IMG/VR virus record: IMGVR_UViG_3300032334_002236
Coordinates: 22,914-86,913 of that record
Source: a virus
Length of the DNA stretch: 64,000 nucleotides
Reading direction: 5' to 3' (one strand)
Below, piece after piece: positions 36,336 to 45,802 of the stretch (position 1 is the stretch's first letter; each line of letters begins with the position of its first letter). Below the pieces are notes generated by a model. The model ran no database searches. It was not told the origin of the DNA and worked only from the letters and a program-made list of their open reading frames with translations. The position numbers and the translations under genes were made by a program.

Positions 36336-37952
36336 TTATACCACCATTATGATTCCAGTTCCAGTTCCCAGTGTGCCGCCACCAGCGATGCCTGTGCCGC
36401 TGGGTGAAATAGTTCCCTGGTTATTGGTAGTGAGTCCAGTGATGAAACCAGGATCGTTAGTGTTGGCACCAGTGATGATACCAGTATTGGTATTAGTATT
36501 AGTATTGGTATTAGTATTAGTATTGGTATTAGTATTGGTGCTACTGCTGGATTGTTGCAATTGGTTTAAGTTTGCCATGCCACCACCAAAATTGTTCTGT
36601 GCGCTATATGAATTAGTACTAATGGGGGTACTGCCAGCTGAACCTTCGAAACCTTCATTGGGATTGAAACTATAATCAGCTGGACCACCACCGTTGTCCA
36701 GATGGTAGGGCCAGGGTTCGTGCCTGGGCATGTAGATGGGTAATTTGGCAACAGGTGCTGGTTCAGCATCTTGCTCTCCGCCACTGTTGATCAAGACCAA
36801 TGCACCAACGATGACCACGACACCATGTCCATAGATGTTTATCATGTCTGCACTGTTAAGCCATACTTCACCGCCTTTGAGATGTAATCCTGCTTCTGCG
36901 GTGATCTTGGTGTTCTCATGGCTCAGGCTGGTGATCTGGTTGCTTTCGCTGCGTATGTACTGGCGGCTTTCTATATCGATGGTGTCTGCTTTGAGACGGA
37001 AGCTGCGACCCACATCTATGAACATGTCTCGCATGGCTGTGATCTTGATGTCGCGTTGGCTGTACACATACACGTCACCTTCCTTGTCTATCTCCACCCA
37101 GGCTTTGCCGTTGTGATTGATGATATAGATGAACTCCTTGTCCTCCTCATCATGCATGAGGATGGTGTGTCCAGCAGTGCTGCGCAATCTCAGCCTGCGA
37201 TTTTCACCTTCTATGTTACCGTCATCCATGACGAAGGTGTGGCCACCCTTGCGCTCAGGATAATAGATCTTGAGAGTGCCATGTTTATCATCGTAGGGCT
37301 CTATCACTGGGTCTCGGTCCACAGGCATACCTGGTGTACTGATACCGAACACCCTGCTGGGGCTTTCACGGAATGCAGTGCTGGTACCAGGATTACGATG
37401 ATCATCCTGATCTATACCCTGTTTCTTATAAGCCTTTTGCTGATAATCCAGAGGAGTCTGTGCCTTTGTATAGAAATTGGTGTAAGCATCAGGACTCTGC
37501 TCCTTGTCATTCCATTCTTTCACAGGATCTTTACCGCCCACGATGTCATGGCTTATGCCAGGCATCATGTGCATGCTGGGCCAGTCTGGCACACAACCTA
37601 TCCAATAACCCCTGCTGGGATCACCGTTGACAAATATGCACATGACGTTCACACCCACATCAGGGCTAGCGAACCATAAACCGCTGCTCTGTGGTTCAGT
37701 TTTCCTGCTGTCGAATGGCGGTGTCACTGTGTAAAAAGGACTGAGATAATCCACAGTCTTCCAGGAAGCATCGTCCGCAGGATCGCCACCTAGTTCTGGT
37801 ATGTAAACCTGGACACGACCGCTACGTTTGCGATCCACATTGGCTTTGACTGAACCGATATAGGGTCCAGGACTGATGCGAATGCCATCTGCGCTTTCAT
37901 GAACGGTGTGACCTAAGGGTTTTTTACTGTCGGTAATATCTAGATTAGGCAT
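36336..37952 (-). CDS. gp5: Baseplate central spike, gp5/VgrG-like (no internal lysozyme domain seen)
   Basis: OB-fold D....GRVQVYIP...P.VG..V...F.NGD....YWIG; GH..VMDD...RLRS..GH.I.M beta-helix start; low-complexity C-terminus. Confidence 0.8.
   Translation of the reverse strand: MPNLDITDSKKPLGHTVHESADGIRISPGPYIGSVKANVDRKRSGRVQVYIPELGGDPADDASWKTVDYLSPFYTVTPPFDSRKTEPQSSGLWFASPDVGVNVMCIFVNGDPSRGYWIGCVPDWPSMHMMPGISHDIVGGKDPVKEWNDKEQSPDAYTNFYTKAQTPLDYQQKAYKKQGIDQDDHRNPGTSTAFRESPSRVFGISTPGMPVDRDPVIEPYDDKHGTLKIYYPERKGGHTFVMDDGNIEGENRRLRLRSTAGHTILMHDEEDKEFIYIINHNGKAWVEIDKEGDVYVYSQRDIKITAMRDMFIDVGRSFRLKADTIDIESRQYIRSESNQITSLSHENTKITAEAGLHLKGGEVWLNSADMINIYGHGVVVIVGALVLINSGGEQDAEPAPVAKLPIYMPRHEPWPYHLDNGGGPADYSFNPNEGFEGSAGSTPISTNSYSAQNNFGGGMANLNQLQQSSSSTNTNTNTNTNTNTNTNTNTGIITGANTNDPGFITGLTTNNQGTISPSGTGIAGGGTLGTGTGIIMVV
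36483..36536 (-). repeat. Hexanucleotide tandem repeat (RGTATT)x9 on the plus strand, encoding poly-(Thr-Asn)
   Basis: Read directly from the sequence; protein reads STNTNTNTNTNTNTNTNTNTG. Confidence 0.9.
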
Positions 37953-37967
37953 ATCTGGTTTCCATCT

Positions 37968-39848
37968 TTACATAGGTGAATTTTGATTGAATTGTCCAAA
38001 GTCGGGCAAGGATACCTTGCCTGTGTTACCAGCGTTACCACCTGTGGTACCTGTAGCATCAGTTATATTACTATCTCTTTTGCCAGTCTGGCTACCAGCG
38101 TTGCCACCTGTGGTTCCAGTGGCATCAGTTATATTACTATCTCTTTGCCCGGACTGCTGGGTCTTCTGCGTGGTGGTATCATCCTGGTTTGTGTTGCGTA
38201 TCATGCGTAATAACTGCGTAAAGCTGCCGTTGCGGAAACTGGACTTGACACTGATGATCTTATAAACACCTTGTATGAAGCTGGCGTCACCTACGTCAAA
38301 TAATCCGTCGTCCTGATAATCGGTTTTAGGAGCGCGGCTGCGGATAAAAACGAATTGATCACTACTGGTAAAATCTATTGTATCTTTCAAGTTGATATTG
38401 TTGCCGCTGACAAAGTCTGGATCTCCCACTATCTGTATCTCCAATGTGACCATGTCCACATTATGATCATACACATATTGCATGATGTCGTCCACACTCA
38501 TGCGAGCGATATTATCGGTCATGGGTCCAGTGTTCTGGCGATTGGCCAACCCACGTGCAGGAATCATCTTCCTGTCCAGTTGCAAGGGATTCTTTGTTGT
38601 GCCATTGATGTCTGGTTCTTCTGGTTGTTGGCCTTCCTTGATGGGACCGATGGTGTTACTGTCCTGGGCATTATAGTTGGCATGTGATGCATTCCTGGCT
38701 GTCCAGAATGCTGTCTTGAAATCCATGTCTAGTCTCAGTATGTCCCGGTTAAGACCAGTATACAGGTAATCATAGACTCGCACACAGTCATCTATGGTGA
38801 CTTTTTTAGTGGTTATGTGCGGTGGACTGATGCCTTTGACAGGATAGGTCACCACTTTATAGGTGAATACTTTCTGCCAGTCATTGCGTTTCCTGTCCCA
38901 CTTAACGAACTGGGTGTCCACATTGATCTTCCACAATGTCATTTCTTTGCCGCCCACCTGGTCTTTCATGTAACTGCTATAGCCGATGATGGTGTTGATG
39001 AAATCGGTGATCTTGGTACCTGATGCCACACGGAATACGTTGTTTTTTATCTCCAGCGGCAGGAATCCTTTCTGCATCTGCTGCCAAGCTCCAGCATTCT
39101 TGGCATCTGGCACACTGAATGTCTGGAACTGTTTGCGGTTATCAGTAGATACTTTGGCGCCTGCTATCTCACCGGGCAGCTCTATAAGATAAGTGTTAGC
39201 CTGTTCCACTTTCTGTAATTTGGTTTGCATCTCTTGTTCGGCCAGGTTCAGAGTGTCTTTGAGGCTCTTGACCATTTGCGAGTTGGGACCTGACAATATG
39301 TGTTGTACGGTGGTACCTTGCAATTCCAAGCCGAACGGTATGAGATTTTCTGCTGGATTAAGTGCATAATGGCTTGTGGGGATAGCTCTACAACTATAGA
39401 CGCTGCTGCCATTGAGTATCTTCATCTGGACGCCAGTCATGGTAAATGGTACCACTTTACTAGTGATCACACCAGTGGGGTTGCCATCATCTGTATATCC
39501 CAGCCACTGGATCTTCATGGCGAAAAAACAACTGTTCCACTGGGCGCCAGGGTTAAGCCTAGCATGTGTCTTTAATATCTGTGCAAGGAATCGATTAGTG
39601 TAGGGTTCAGTGACATCGAATGTGAAATTGACCACATCTGTGTTCCTACCCCTGGCAGTGAGACCCACCAAGCTGCTCATCTCCAAGTTATCGATATGCA
39701 GGTCCAAAGGAAAATCCGCACTGCGGTTGCCGCCCACACCGCTGTCAGCTATGAGCAACTCTGAGCCTTGCAGTTCATTAGCCTTACAGGCCCACATCTC
39801 TAACCTGTAAGCATAGTTGACATAGTTGTGTAATGTATTAGTGGCCAT
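37968..39848 (-). CDS. Baseplate hub protein (gp27-like position)
   Basis: 626 aa between the gp53-like and gp5-like genes. F.VTEPY, YDYLYTG.N.DI, LEI.IVGDP, G.Y.I.SV.S.F.NGSF.Q.L motifs. Confidence 0.65.
   Translation of the reverse strand: MATNTLHNYVNYAYRLEMWACKANELQGSELLIADSGVGGNRSADFPLDLHIDNLEMSSLVGLTARGRNTDVVNFTFDVTEPYTNRFLAQILKTHARLNPGAQWNSCFFAMKIQWLGYTDDGNPTGVITSKVVPFTMTGVQMKILNGSSVYSCRAIPTSHYALNPAENLIPFGLELQGTTVQHILSGPNSQMVKSLKDTLNLAEQEMQTKLQKVEQANTYLIELPGEIAGAKVSTDNRKQFQTFSVPDAKNAGAWQQMQKGFLPLEIKNNVFRVASGTKITDFINTIIGYSSYMKDQVGGKEMTLWKINVDTQFVKWDRKRNDWQKVFTYKVVTYPVKGISPPHITTKKVTIDDCVRVYDYLYTGLNRDILRLDMDFKTAFWTARNASHANYNAQDSNTIGPIKEGQQPEEPDINGTTKNPLQLDRKMIPARGLANRQNTGPMTDNIARMSVDDIMQYVYDHNVDMVTLEIQIVGDPDFVSGNNINLKDTIDFTSSDQFVFIRSRAPKTDYQDDGLFDVGDASFIQGVYKIISVKSSFRNGSFTQLLRMIRNTNQDDTTTQKTQQSGQRDSNITDATGTTGGNAGSQTGKRDSNITDATGTTGGNAGNTGKVSLPDFGQFNQNSPM
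38020..38156 (-). repeat. 66-bp tandem duplication in the hub C-terminus
   Basis: Two copies of RDSNITDATGTTGGNAG starting at ~38028 and ~38094, differing mostly at synonymous sites. Confidence 0.9.
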
Positions 39849-39851
39849 GCA

Positions 39852-40154
39852 TCAACCTCCCAGCGCGGTACGAAGATATTTGCCTTGGGGCAGGTATATG
39901 ACAGTGCCAGCATTGTGATCCCAGATGGGATCCTTTATGATATCAGGATTACGTACTGAAAACACCCACCATAGCCCACTGGTACCATACAGATCATAAG
40001 CCATGAGATCTGGTCTCAGATCATAAGTGGGGCTGATGGCTATCAGGACGTCATCTGCTCTCGCAGGCACATCCCTCATGGTCATGATGTCCAGGAAACG
40101 ATTCTGTAACAGGGCGGTGGTGTAATAAGGACTGCTGATGCTGTACTCTACCAT
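39852..40154 (-). CDS. gp53: Baseplate wedge protein gp53-like (LysM-like)
   Basis: RPDLMAYDLYG...LWWVF...N..I.DPI.D...G..IYLP. Confidence 0.85.
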   Translation of the reverse strand: MVEYSISSPYYTTALLQNRFLDIMTMRDVPARADDVLIAISPTYDLRPDLMAYDLYGTSGLWWVFSVRNPDIIKDPIWDHNAGTVIYLPQGKYLRTALGG

Positions 40155-41164
40155 TAGATGAATCCTTGTCCTATCAGACCACCTTGTGCTAATTTTTCCA
40201 AGCTGTAGCTGTTGGTTATCTTATTTCTGCTGTATACTGGCATCATGCTGGCACTGATGGAGCACAGCGTGGGCACACGCTGATGGTTGCCTCCCACAGT
40301 GCAACTGATATAATCCACATCTGCAGGTAGTGTCATCTCATAGTTAGTCACAACCACCGGCACGTTCTCAAAAACCACTGGGCCATGGCCCGTGAGGAAG
40401 AATATAGGTGGCGGTGTGCCGCGCAGGCTGTCCTGACCATAAAACATCTTGGTGCTCATCCTGAGGAACCAGATCACGCCAGCCACATATGCAGCACTAG
40501 CTTCGCTACTAGCTGAGAATTCACCAGTGACGTTGATGGATTCCACGCTGCTGTTCTGATAACTGACAACACCATAAGGAGTATGGGTCAGTTTTTGTAC
40601 GTCATAGGTGGCACGATGGCTGCTGGTAACCGTTGGAGTATAAGGCCATAGTATGCCACCAGTGGCAGCAAGAGCACTGGCCACACCTTTGGTGAACTTG
40701 CCAGTGTTATCTTTGAGATATACACGATCATCTATGTTACCATATCTGCGATCCAGGTTGGCATTATTATCCACTAGTTTCTGATAAGGATCAGCACCAT
40801 TAGGTAACCCGCTGTTGACCAGGCGTTGCTGCTTGAGGTCGCGGTTGGGTTCCAACTGGCTGCTGGTGCCCTGGATATAATCGGTATTAGTGGTGGTGTA
40901 TATGACGCTGGTGCTGCTGGCCTGGCTTCCACTAGCAGATATCTTGGCTAATGTCTGGGTGGCATAATTCTGAGCTGGTAATTTATAACCACTGAATCCA
41001 GGAAGCTGCCCCTGTGTGTTATAATTGCTCAACGATGCGGTACCAGCAGGTCGTGTGCCAGTGTAACTGCTTTGGCGTTGGGAGCCGAAAGCTTCGGTGA
41101 TGTTCTGCTGGTTGGCCGCTGGCAAACGAGCATAGTGTTGGTTTGGGTCTGATATTTTTGTCAT
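40154..41164 (-). CDS. Baseplate / tail tube initiator-like protein
   Basis: C-terminal PYTP.V....A.Y....TH..Y...Y.NS...I.V.G.F ... PPP...L.G.G..VF.NVPVVV..Y...LP.DVDYI. Confidence 0.65.
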   Translation of the reverse strand: MTKISDPNQHYARLPAANQQNITEAFGSQRQSSYTGTRPAGTASLSNYNTQGQLPGFSGYKLPAQNYATQTLAKISASGSQASSTSVIYTTTNTDYIQGTSSQLEPNRDLKQQRLVNSGLPNGADPYQKLVDNNANLDRRYGNIDDRVYLKDNTGKFTKGVASALAATGGILWPYTPTVTSSHRATYDVQKLTHTPYGVVSYQNSSVESINVTGEFSASSEASAAYVAGVIWFLRMSTKMFYGQDSLRGTPPPIFFLTGHGPVVFENVPVVVTNYEMTLPADVDYISCTVGGNHQRVPTLCSISASMMPVYSRNKITNSYSLEKLAQGGLIGQGFI

Positions 41165-41179
41165 GTGCCTTCTGAATTA

Positions 41180-41186
41180 TATTTAT
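41180..41186 (-). promoter_or_regulatory. Late promoter (ATAAATA) heading the leftward baseplate operon
   Basis: ~16 nt upstream of ATG 41164. Confidence 0.65.
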
Positions 41187-41204
41187 TCTTTAGTAAACTG
41201 GCTA

Positions 41205-41210
41205 TATAAT
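41205..41210 (+). promoter_or_regulatory. Sigma70-type -10 box TATAAT (leaderless)
   Basis: 6 nt before ATG 41217, no Shine-Dalgarno. Confidence 0.6.
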
Positions 41211-41216
41211 AGTGTC

Positions 41217-42098
41217 ATGACAAATGTAACCCCACCCACCCTCCCTACCAAACGCACCCCATATCTAACCAACAAAGACTTGTTGAGGCAGATCCATCTC
41301 AGTAAGAACAGCTATTGCAGTTATCTGGTCCCTGAAGATAACCAGTATGATATCATACTGCCCAGTCTCAGTAAGGTAAACCAGAGGACAGTGGCAGAAG
41401 CCAAACGCAATCGCGCAGACCGGATCGCCAAGAGAGCTTGGGAAGCCAGCCAATTGACTGGTGTCAAGACCAAATTGGACCAACACACCATTGATTGGCA
41501 CAAGGTACCCAAGACTGATGTGGTATTCCGTATCATCTGTTGGGATCATATACCGCTGGCACCAGGACGTAAGAAGAATCCCAAGATTACTGCAGACCAT
41601 CATGTCAAGGTCAATTTTCCTCCTTTCCAGCATTATCGGTTTAATGATCAGGACGAGCTGGTGTGTGTGGGCAAGAGCCACTGGCAGGGTGGATTACAGA
41701 ACGGACATTTCAGCAAAGATCACGGCAAGATGACTCCTGCCCTGGCTCGCATGTTTATCAAGCTGTGTGAGCGTTATGGCAGCAAGGGTAACTGGCGCGG
41801 TTACACCTATAATGACGAGATGCGTAGCCAAGCATTATTGCAACTGAGCCAAGTGGGACTCCAATTCGATGAGAGTAAATCTAATAATCCTTTTGCTTAT
41901 TATACTGCAACTATCACTAACAGTTTCACTCGCGTCCTCAACGTGGAAAAACGAAACCAACACCTACGAGATGATATCTTGGAAATGAACAACCTGAATC
42001 CTTCTTATTCTCGTCAGACTGATAATGCCATCAAGGCAGCAGAAGCAACGACCGCTGCTGTGGCTATCACGGCTGCTGCTGACACTCCCAAAGTATAA
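41217..42098 (+). CDS. gp55: Sigma factor for late transcription, gp55-like
   Basis: YLTNKDLL N-terminus; NWRGYTYNDEM...QFDESKSNNPFAYYT...SF.R.L..EK.NQ. Start reassigned to the in-frame ATG at 41217. Confidence 0.85.
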   Translation: MTNVTPPTLPTKRTPYLTNKDLLRQIHLSKNSYCSYLVPEDNQYDIILPSLSKVNQRTVAEAKRNRADRIAKRAWEASQLTGVKTKLDQHTIDWHKVPKTDVVFRIICWDHIPLAPGRKKNPKITADHHVKVNFPPFQHYRFNDQDELVCVGKSHWQGGLQNGHFSKDHGKMTPALARMFIKLCERYGSKGNWRGYTYNDEMRSQALLQLSQVGLQFDESKSNNPFAYYTATITNSFTRVLNVEKRNQHLRDDILEMNNLNPSYSRQTDNAIKAAEATTAAVAITAAADTPKV

Positions 42099-42100
42099 GA

Positions 42101-42129
42101 TAGACTTTCCATCAACAAGATAGTATATT
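42101..42129 (+). promoter_or_regulatory. Sigma70-type promoter TAGACT-17-TATATT (leaderless)
   Basis: -10 box ends 6 nt before ATG 42136. Confidence 0.55.
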
Positions 42130-42135
42130 GGATAC

Positions 42136-43149
42136 ATGGCAAATTTATTCAAACGTGCGGCTGTGTTCACGGACCTTCATCTGGGTAACAAGAGCAACAG
42201 CCATCAGTTCCTGACCGATTGTGAAAATTATATCACATGGTTCCTGGATGTGGTCCAGACCAGGCAATGTGATTGCGTGATCTTCTTGGGTGATTTCCAT
42301 CACAATCGCAACAACATCAACATCCAGACCATGGATGCCAGTTTGAAGATACTGCAACAGCTGGACGATCTTGGCATGCCAGTGTATTTCATCACTGGTA
42401 ACCACGACCTATATCACAAAGACAAGCGCACAGTCAGCAGTGTCAAATATATACATAAATTCCAAAACATACAACTGATCAACGATCAGATCACCACAGG
42501 TGATGTCACGTTCGTGCCCTGGCTCATAGGTGAGGAATACAAGAACATGAAGCGTGTGAAGAGCCAGTATGTCATGGGACATTTCGAGCTGCCACATTTC
42601 AAGATGAATGCCATGGTGGAGATGCCAGATCATGGCGAGCTTAATTCCAGAGATTTTGACAATGTGGGCTTGGTGTTCTCAGGACACTTCCACAAGCGCC
42701 AGAAAAAGAGCAACATCCATTATATCGGTAATGCTTTTGCACACAATTATGCAGATGCATGGGACGATGATCGTGGTTGCATGGTACTGGAATGGGGTTC
42801 GGAACCAGAATACCTGAACTGGCCTGGTGCTCCCAGATATCGCACACTCACGCTGGCACAGATGTTGGATCAACCAGATGTACACCTGGATCATCGCACA
42901 CATGCTCGTGTACAGTTGGATATCAGCATCAGCTATGAGGAAGCCACGTTCATTAAAGAAGAGATGCAAAAGAATTATAATGTGCGTGAACTCAGCTTGA
43001 TCCAACACAAGAATGAGACTCTGTTGGAAACTGGCATACAGGATGTCATGTTCGAGAGCGTGGATCAGATTGTCATGAGCCAGATACAGAACTTAGACAC
43101 CAAACATTATGATCAGCACCTGCTGATGGAAATTTACAATAGCTTGTGA
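42136..43149 (+). CDS. gp47: Recombination endonuclease subunit gp47 (Mre11/SbcD-like)
   Basis: Metallophosphoesterase motifs DLHLG, LGDFHH, GNHD, GHFE, SGHFH. Confidence 0.95.
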   Translation: MANLFKRAAVFTDLHLGNKSNSHQFLTDCENYITWFLDVVQTRQCDCVIFLGDFHHNRNNINIQTMDASLKILQQLDDLGMPVYFITGNHDLYHKDKRTVSSVKYIHKFQNIQLINDQITTGDVTFVPWLIGEEYKNMKRVKSQYVMGHFELPHFKMNAMVEMPDHGELNSRDFDNVGLVFSGHFHKRQKKSNIHYIGNAFAHNYADAWDDDRGCMVLEWGSEPEYLNWPGAPRYRTLTLAQMLDQPDVHLDHRTHARVQLDISISYEEATFIKEEMQKNYNVRELSLIQHKNETLLETGIQDVMFESVDQIVMSQIQNLDTKHYDQHLLMEIYNSL

Positions 43150-43161
43150 TGGGTGTATAAT
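43133..43161 (+). promoter_or_regulatory. Sigma70-type promoter TTTACA-17-TATAAT (leaderless)
   Basis: -10 box ends 5 nt before ATG 43167. Confidence 0.65.
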
Positions 43162-43166
43162 AAATC

Positions 43167-44939
43167 ATGCTTCAATTAAACACATTGACGGTCAAGAACT
43201 TCATGAGCGTGGGAAATGCCACACAAGCTGTGGATTTCAATCGCCGTGATCTCACTCTTGTGCTGGGAGAAAACTTGGACCTGGGTGGTGATGATACAGG
43301 TGCCCGTAACGGCACAGGAAAGACCACCATCATCAATGCTCTCAGTTATGCCTTGTATGGCCAAGCACTGACCAATATCAAGAAAGACAACCTGATCAAC
43401 AAGACCAACGGTCGCAACATGCTTGTGACCGTGGAATTCATCGTGAGCGGCAAGCAATATCGAATCGAGCGTGGGCGCAAGCCCAACGTGACCAAACTGT
43501 ACATCGACGGTAATGAACAGACCGAATATTCAGATAACAGCCAAGGCGACAGTCGTGAAACACAGCACGATATCGATCGTTTGTTGGGCATGAGCGTGGA
43601 CATGTTCCGCCATGTTGTGGCATTGAACACCTATACAGAACCATTCCTGGGCATGCGGACTAATGATCAGAGACAGATCATCGAACAGCTATTGGGCATC
43701 ACTATCCTGTCCGAAAAAGCAGACATGCTGAAAGACCAGATAAAGATCAGCAAAGAGATGATAAATGAAGAGCGTATCAGTATCAAAGCGCAACAGGATG
43801 CAAATACTCGCATTGCTGAACAGATAGAAAACCTCAGGAAACGCCAGAGATTATGGCTGGCCAAACGAGAAGAAGATTGTGTCAATCTGGAACGTGGCTT
43901 GAGAGATCTGGCCGACGTGGATATCGATACTGAGATCGAGAACCATCGCATCCTTGCTGATTACCATGATCGCAAAAAGAGGAAAGCTGATGCGGAAAAA
44001 TGGATCAAAGCCATACAGCAGGATAAGATTAAGGAAGAAAGAAACCAGGCCAAGCTGGAAAAAGAGATCGCTGATCTGGAAAACCACACATGCTATGCTT
44101 GCGGATCTGCGCTCCACGATCAAAAGCATGAACAAGTGCTTGCTGGAAAAGTCAAACAACACAGTGAGTCCGCCGCACAGCTCTTGGCACATGAGCATCA
44201 AGAACAAGAACACACCGACGTGATCGCACAAATCGGCGATATAGGTGATATGCCTAATGTGATCTATGACACACTGGAACTGGCATTGAACCATCGTAAC
44301 ACGCTGGAACAGATGATGGACCAGCTGGACAAACGCCAGGAAGAAGACGATCCGTATGCCGAGCAGATCACAGACATGGAGACAACTGCACTGGCTGAGA
44401 TCACATGGGACCAGGTCAACAGCCTCACACAGGTGCAAGAGCACCAGGAATTCCTGCTCAAGATGCTGACCAACAAGGACAGTTTCGTACGCAAGAAGAT
44501 CATAGATCAGAACCTGGCTTACCTGAACAGCCGTCTGGGCAGCTACCTGTCAGCTATCGGCTTGCCACATGAGGTCAAGTTCCAGAACGATCTTACTGTG
44601 GAGATCACAGAGCTGGGTCGTGAACTGGACTTTGACAACCTGAGCCGTGGCGAACGCAACCGTCTGATACTATCACTCAGCTGGGCATTCCGTGATGTAT
44701 GGGAGAGCTTGTACATGCCCATCAACCTGTTGTTCATCGACGAATTGATCGACTCAGGCATGGATGCATCAGGTGTGGAGAACAGCTTGGCTATCCTCAA
44801 ACGCATGGCACGTGACAGGAACAAGAGCATCTTCCTGGTCAGCCACCGTGACGAACTGGGTGGCAGGGTCAACAATACGTTAATTGTAACAAAGGAAAAT
44901 GGTTTCACGAGTTACGGATCTGATACGGAAATGGTATAA
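43167..44939 (+). CDS. gp46: Recombination ATPase subunit gp46 (Rad50/SbcC-like)
   Basis: KNFMS, Walker A NGTGKTT, zinc hook CYAC, signature LSRGE, Walker B LLFIDE, SHR. Confidence 0.95.
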   Translation: MLQLNTLTVKNFMSVGNATQAVDFNRRDLTLVLGENLDLGGDDTGARNGTGKTTIINALSYALYGQALTNIKKDNLINKTNGRNMLVTVEFIVSGKQYRIERGRKPNVTKLYIDGNEQTEYSDNSQGDSRETQHDIDRLLGMSVDMFRHVVALNTYTEPFLGMRTNDQRQIIEQLLGITILSEKADMLKDQIKISKEMINEERISIKAQQDANTRIAEQIENLRKRQRLWLAKREEDCVNLERGLRDLADVDIDTEIENHRILADYHDRKKRKADAEKWIKAIQQDKIKEERNQAKLEKEIADLENHTCYACGSALHDQKHEQVLAGKVKQHSESAAQLLAHEHQEQEHTDVIAQIGDIGDMPNVIYDTLELALNHRNTLEQMMDQLDKRQEEDDPYAEQITDMETTALAEITWDQVNSLTQVQEHQEFLLKMLTNKDSFVRKKIIDQNLAYLNSRLGSYLSAIGLPHEVKFQNDLTVEITELGRELDFDNLSRGERNRLILSLSWAFRDVWESLYMPINLLFIDELIDSGMDASGVENSLAILKRMARDRNKSIFLVSHRDELGGRVNNTLIVTKENGFTSYGSDTEMV

Positions 44940-44940
44940 T
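44932..44940 (+). promoter_or_regulatory. Extended -10 promoter TGGTATAAT (leaderless)
   Basis: 6 nt before ATG 44947; overlaps the gp46 stop. Confidence 0.6.
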
Positions 44941-44946
44941 TACTGT

Positions 44947-45468
44947 ATGCCAAGTCCAAGTAAGAACAAAGGAAATAGCTGGGAACGTGACGTTGCCAAG
45001 GATCTAACCAATCTGTATGGTGAATCATTCATCCGAGCTCCTGGCTCAGGTGCATATGTGGGTGGAACCAATGCCCATCGTAAGCAGGTATTGCATGAGG
45101 GACAGATCAGGAGTTTCAAAGGCGACATCATTCCTGGCCAGAGTTTTCCCAGGCTTAATATCGAAGCAAAGAGTTACAAAGACTTTCCATTCCATCAATT
45201 CTTCACAGGCACAGTACTACAACTTGAAACTTGGCTCACACAATTGGCAGCATCGGCAGACCCAGGCGACGTTAACTTACTCATAATGAAATTCAACCGC
45301 AAAGGCAAGTTTGTAGCTTTCAATTTTGACGAAGACAGAGCTTATCCTATATTTGTGGAACGGCATTTCCTATACACCAGCGAAAAACTAGGCACTTGGG
45401 CATTCATGGGTTACGAAGCATTCTGGCGTTTGAATGCGGACGGCATCAGGCATTTATCGGCTGCATAG
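44947..45468 (+). CDS. PD-(D/E)xK nuclease, Hjc-like Holliday junction resolvase
   Basis: SKNKGNSWERDVA...R...SGA...GDII...IEAKSY. Start reassigned to ATG 44947. Confidence 0.8.
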   Translation: MPSPSKNKGNSWERDVAKDLTNLYGESFIRAPGSGAYVGGTNAHRKQVLHEGQIRSFKGDIIPGQSFPRLNIEAKSYKDFPFHQFFTGTVLQLETWLTQLAASADPGDVNLLIMKFNRKGKFVAFNFDEDRAYPIFVERHFLYTSEKLGTWAFMGYEAFWRLNADGIRHLSAA

Positions 45469-45501
45469 GCAAATCATAGTCCCCTATATGAACTACCAAT
45501 C

Positions 45502-45802
45502 TGAAGGTTGCTGACACCCCGACATTGTCAGGACAGGGACACCGCACGGCCACGCGATAGGCTAAATGATGACAGCTCTGAGAAAAAGCAACTGTCTGGT
45601 AACTGACTCAGTCACACTGGGGTAAAGTTGCTTCCGTTGGATCAGCAGGATTAAAGGGGTACAGGCCAACCGCCCCGCTAGTAACATAGTTCCGCAGTGT
45701 AGATATGATTGAGAGACTCACCGAACGTTCTCATCAGCTGGTCCTGTGATCAGGATCAGTATGACCTCAAGGTCTACCGAAACATTCCAAGATAAACCTT
45801 CA
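45502..45802 (+). ncRNA. Candidate ~300-nt structured non-coding RNA of unknown family
   Basis: No ORF. Long-range 8-bp closing helix TGAAGGTT/AACCTTCA enclosing about eight hairpins; G-U pairs favour the plus strand. Confidence 0.55.

Noticed and set aside
16900-39800. Numerous 60-280 aa plus-strand ORFs
   Set aside because: Antisense to well-supported structural genes, with no recognisable motifs or initiation signals
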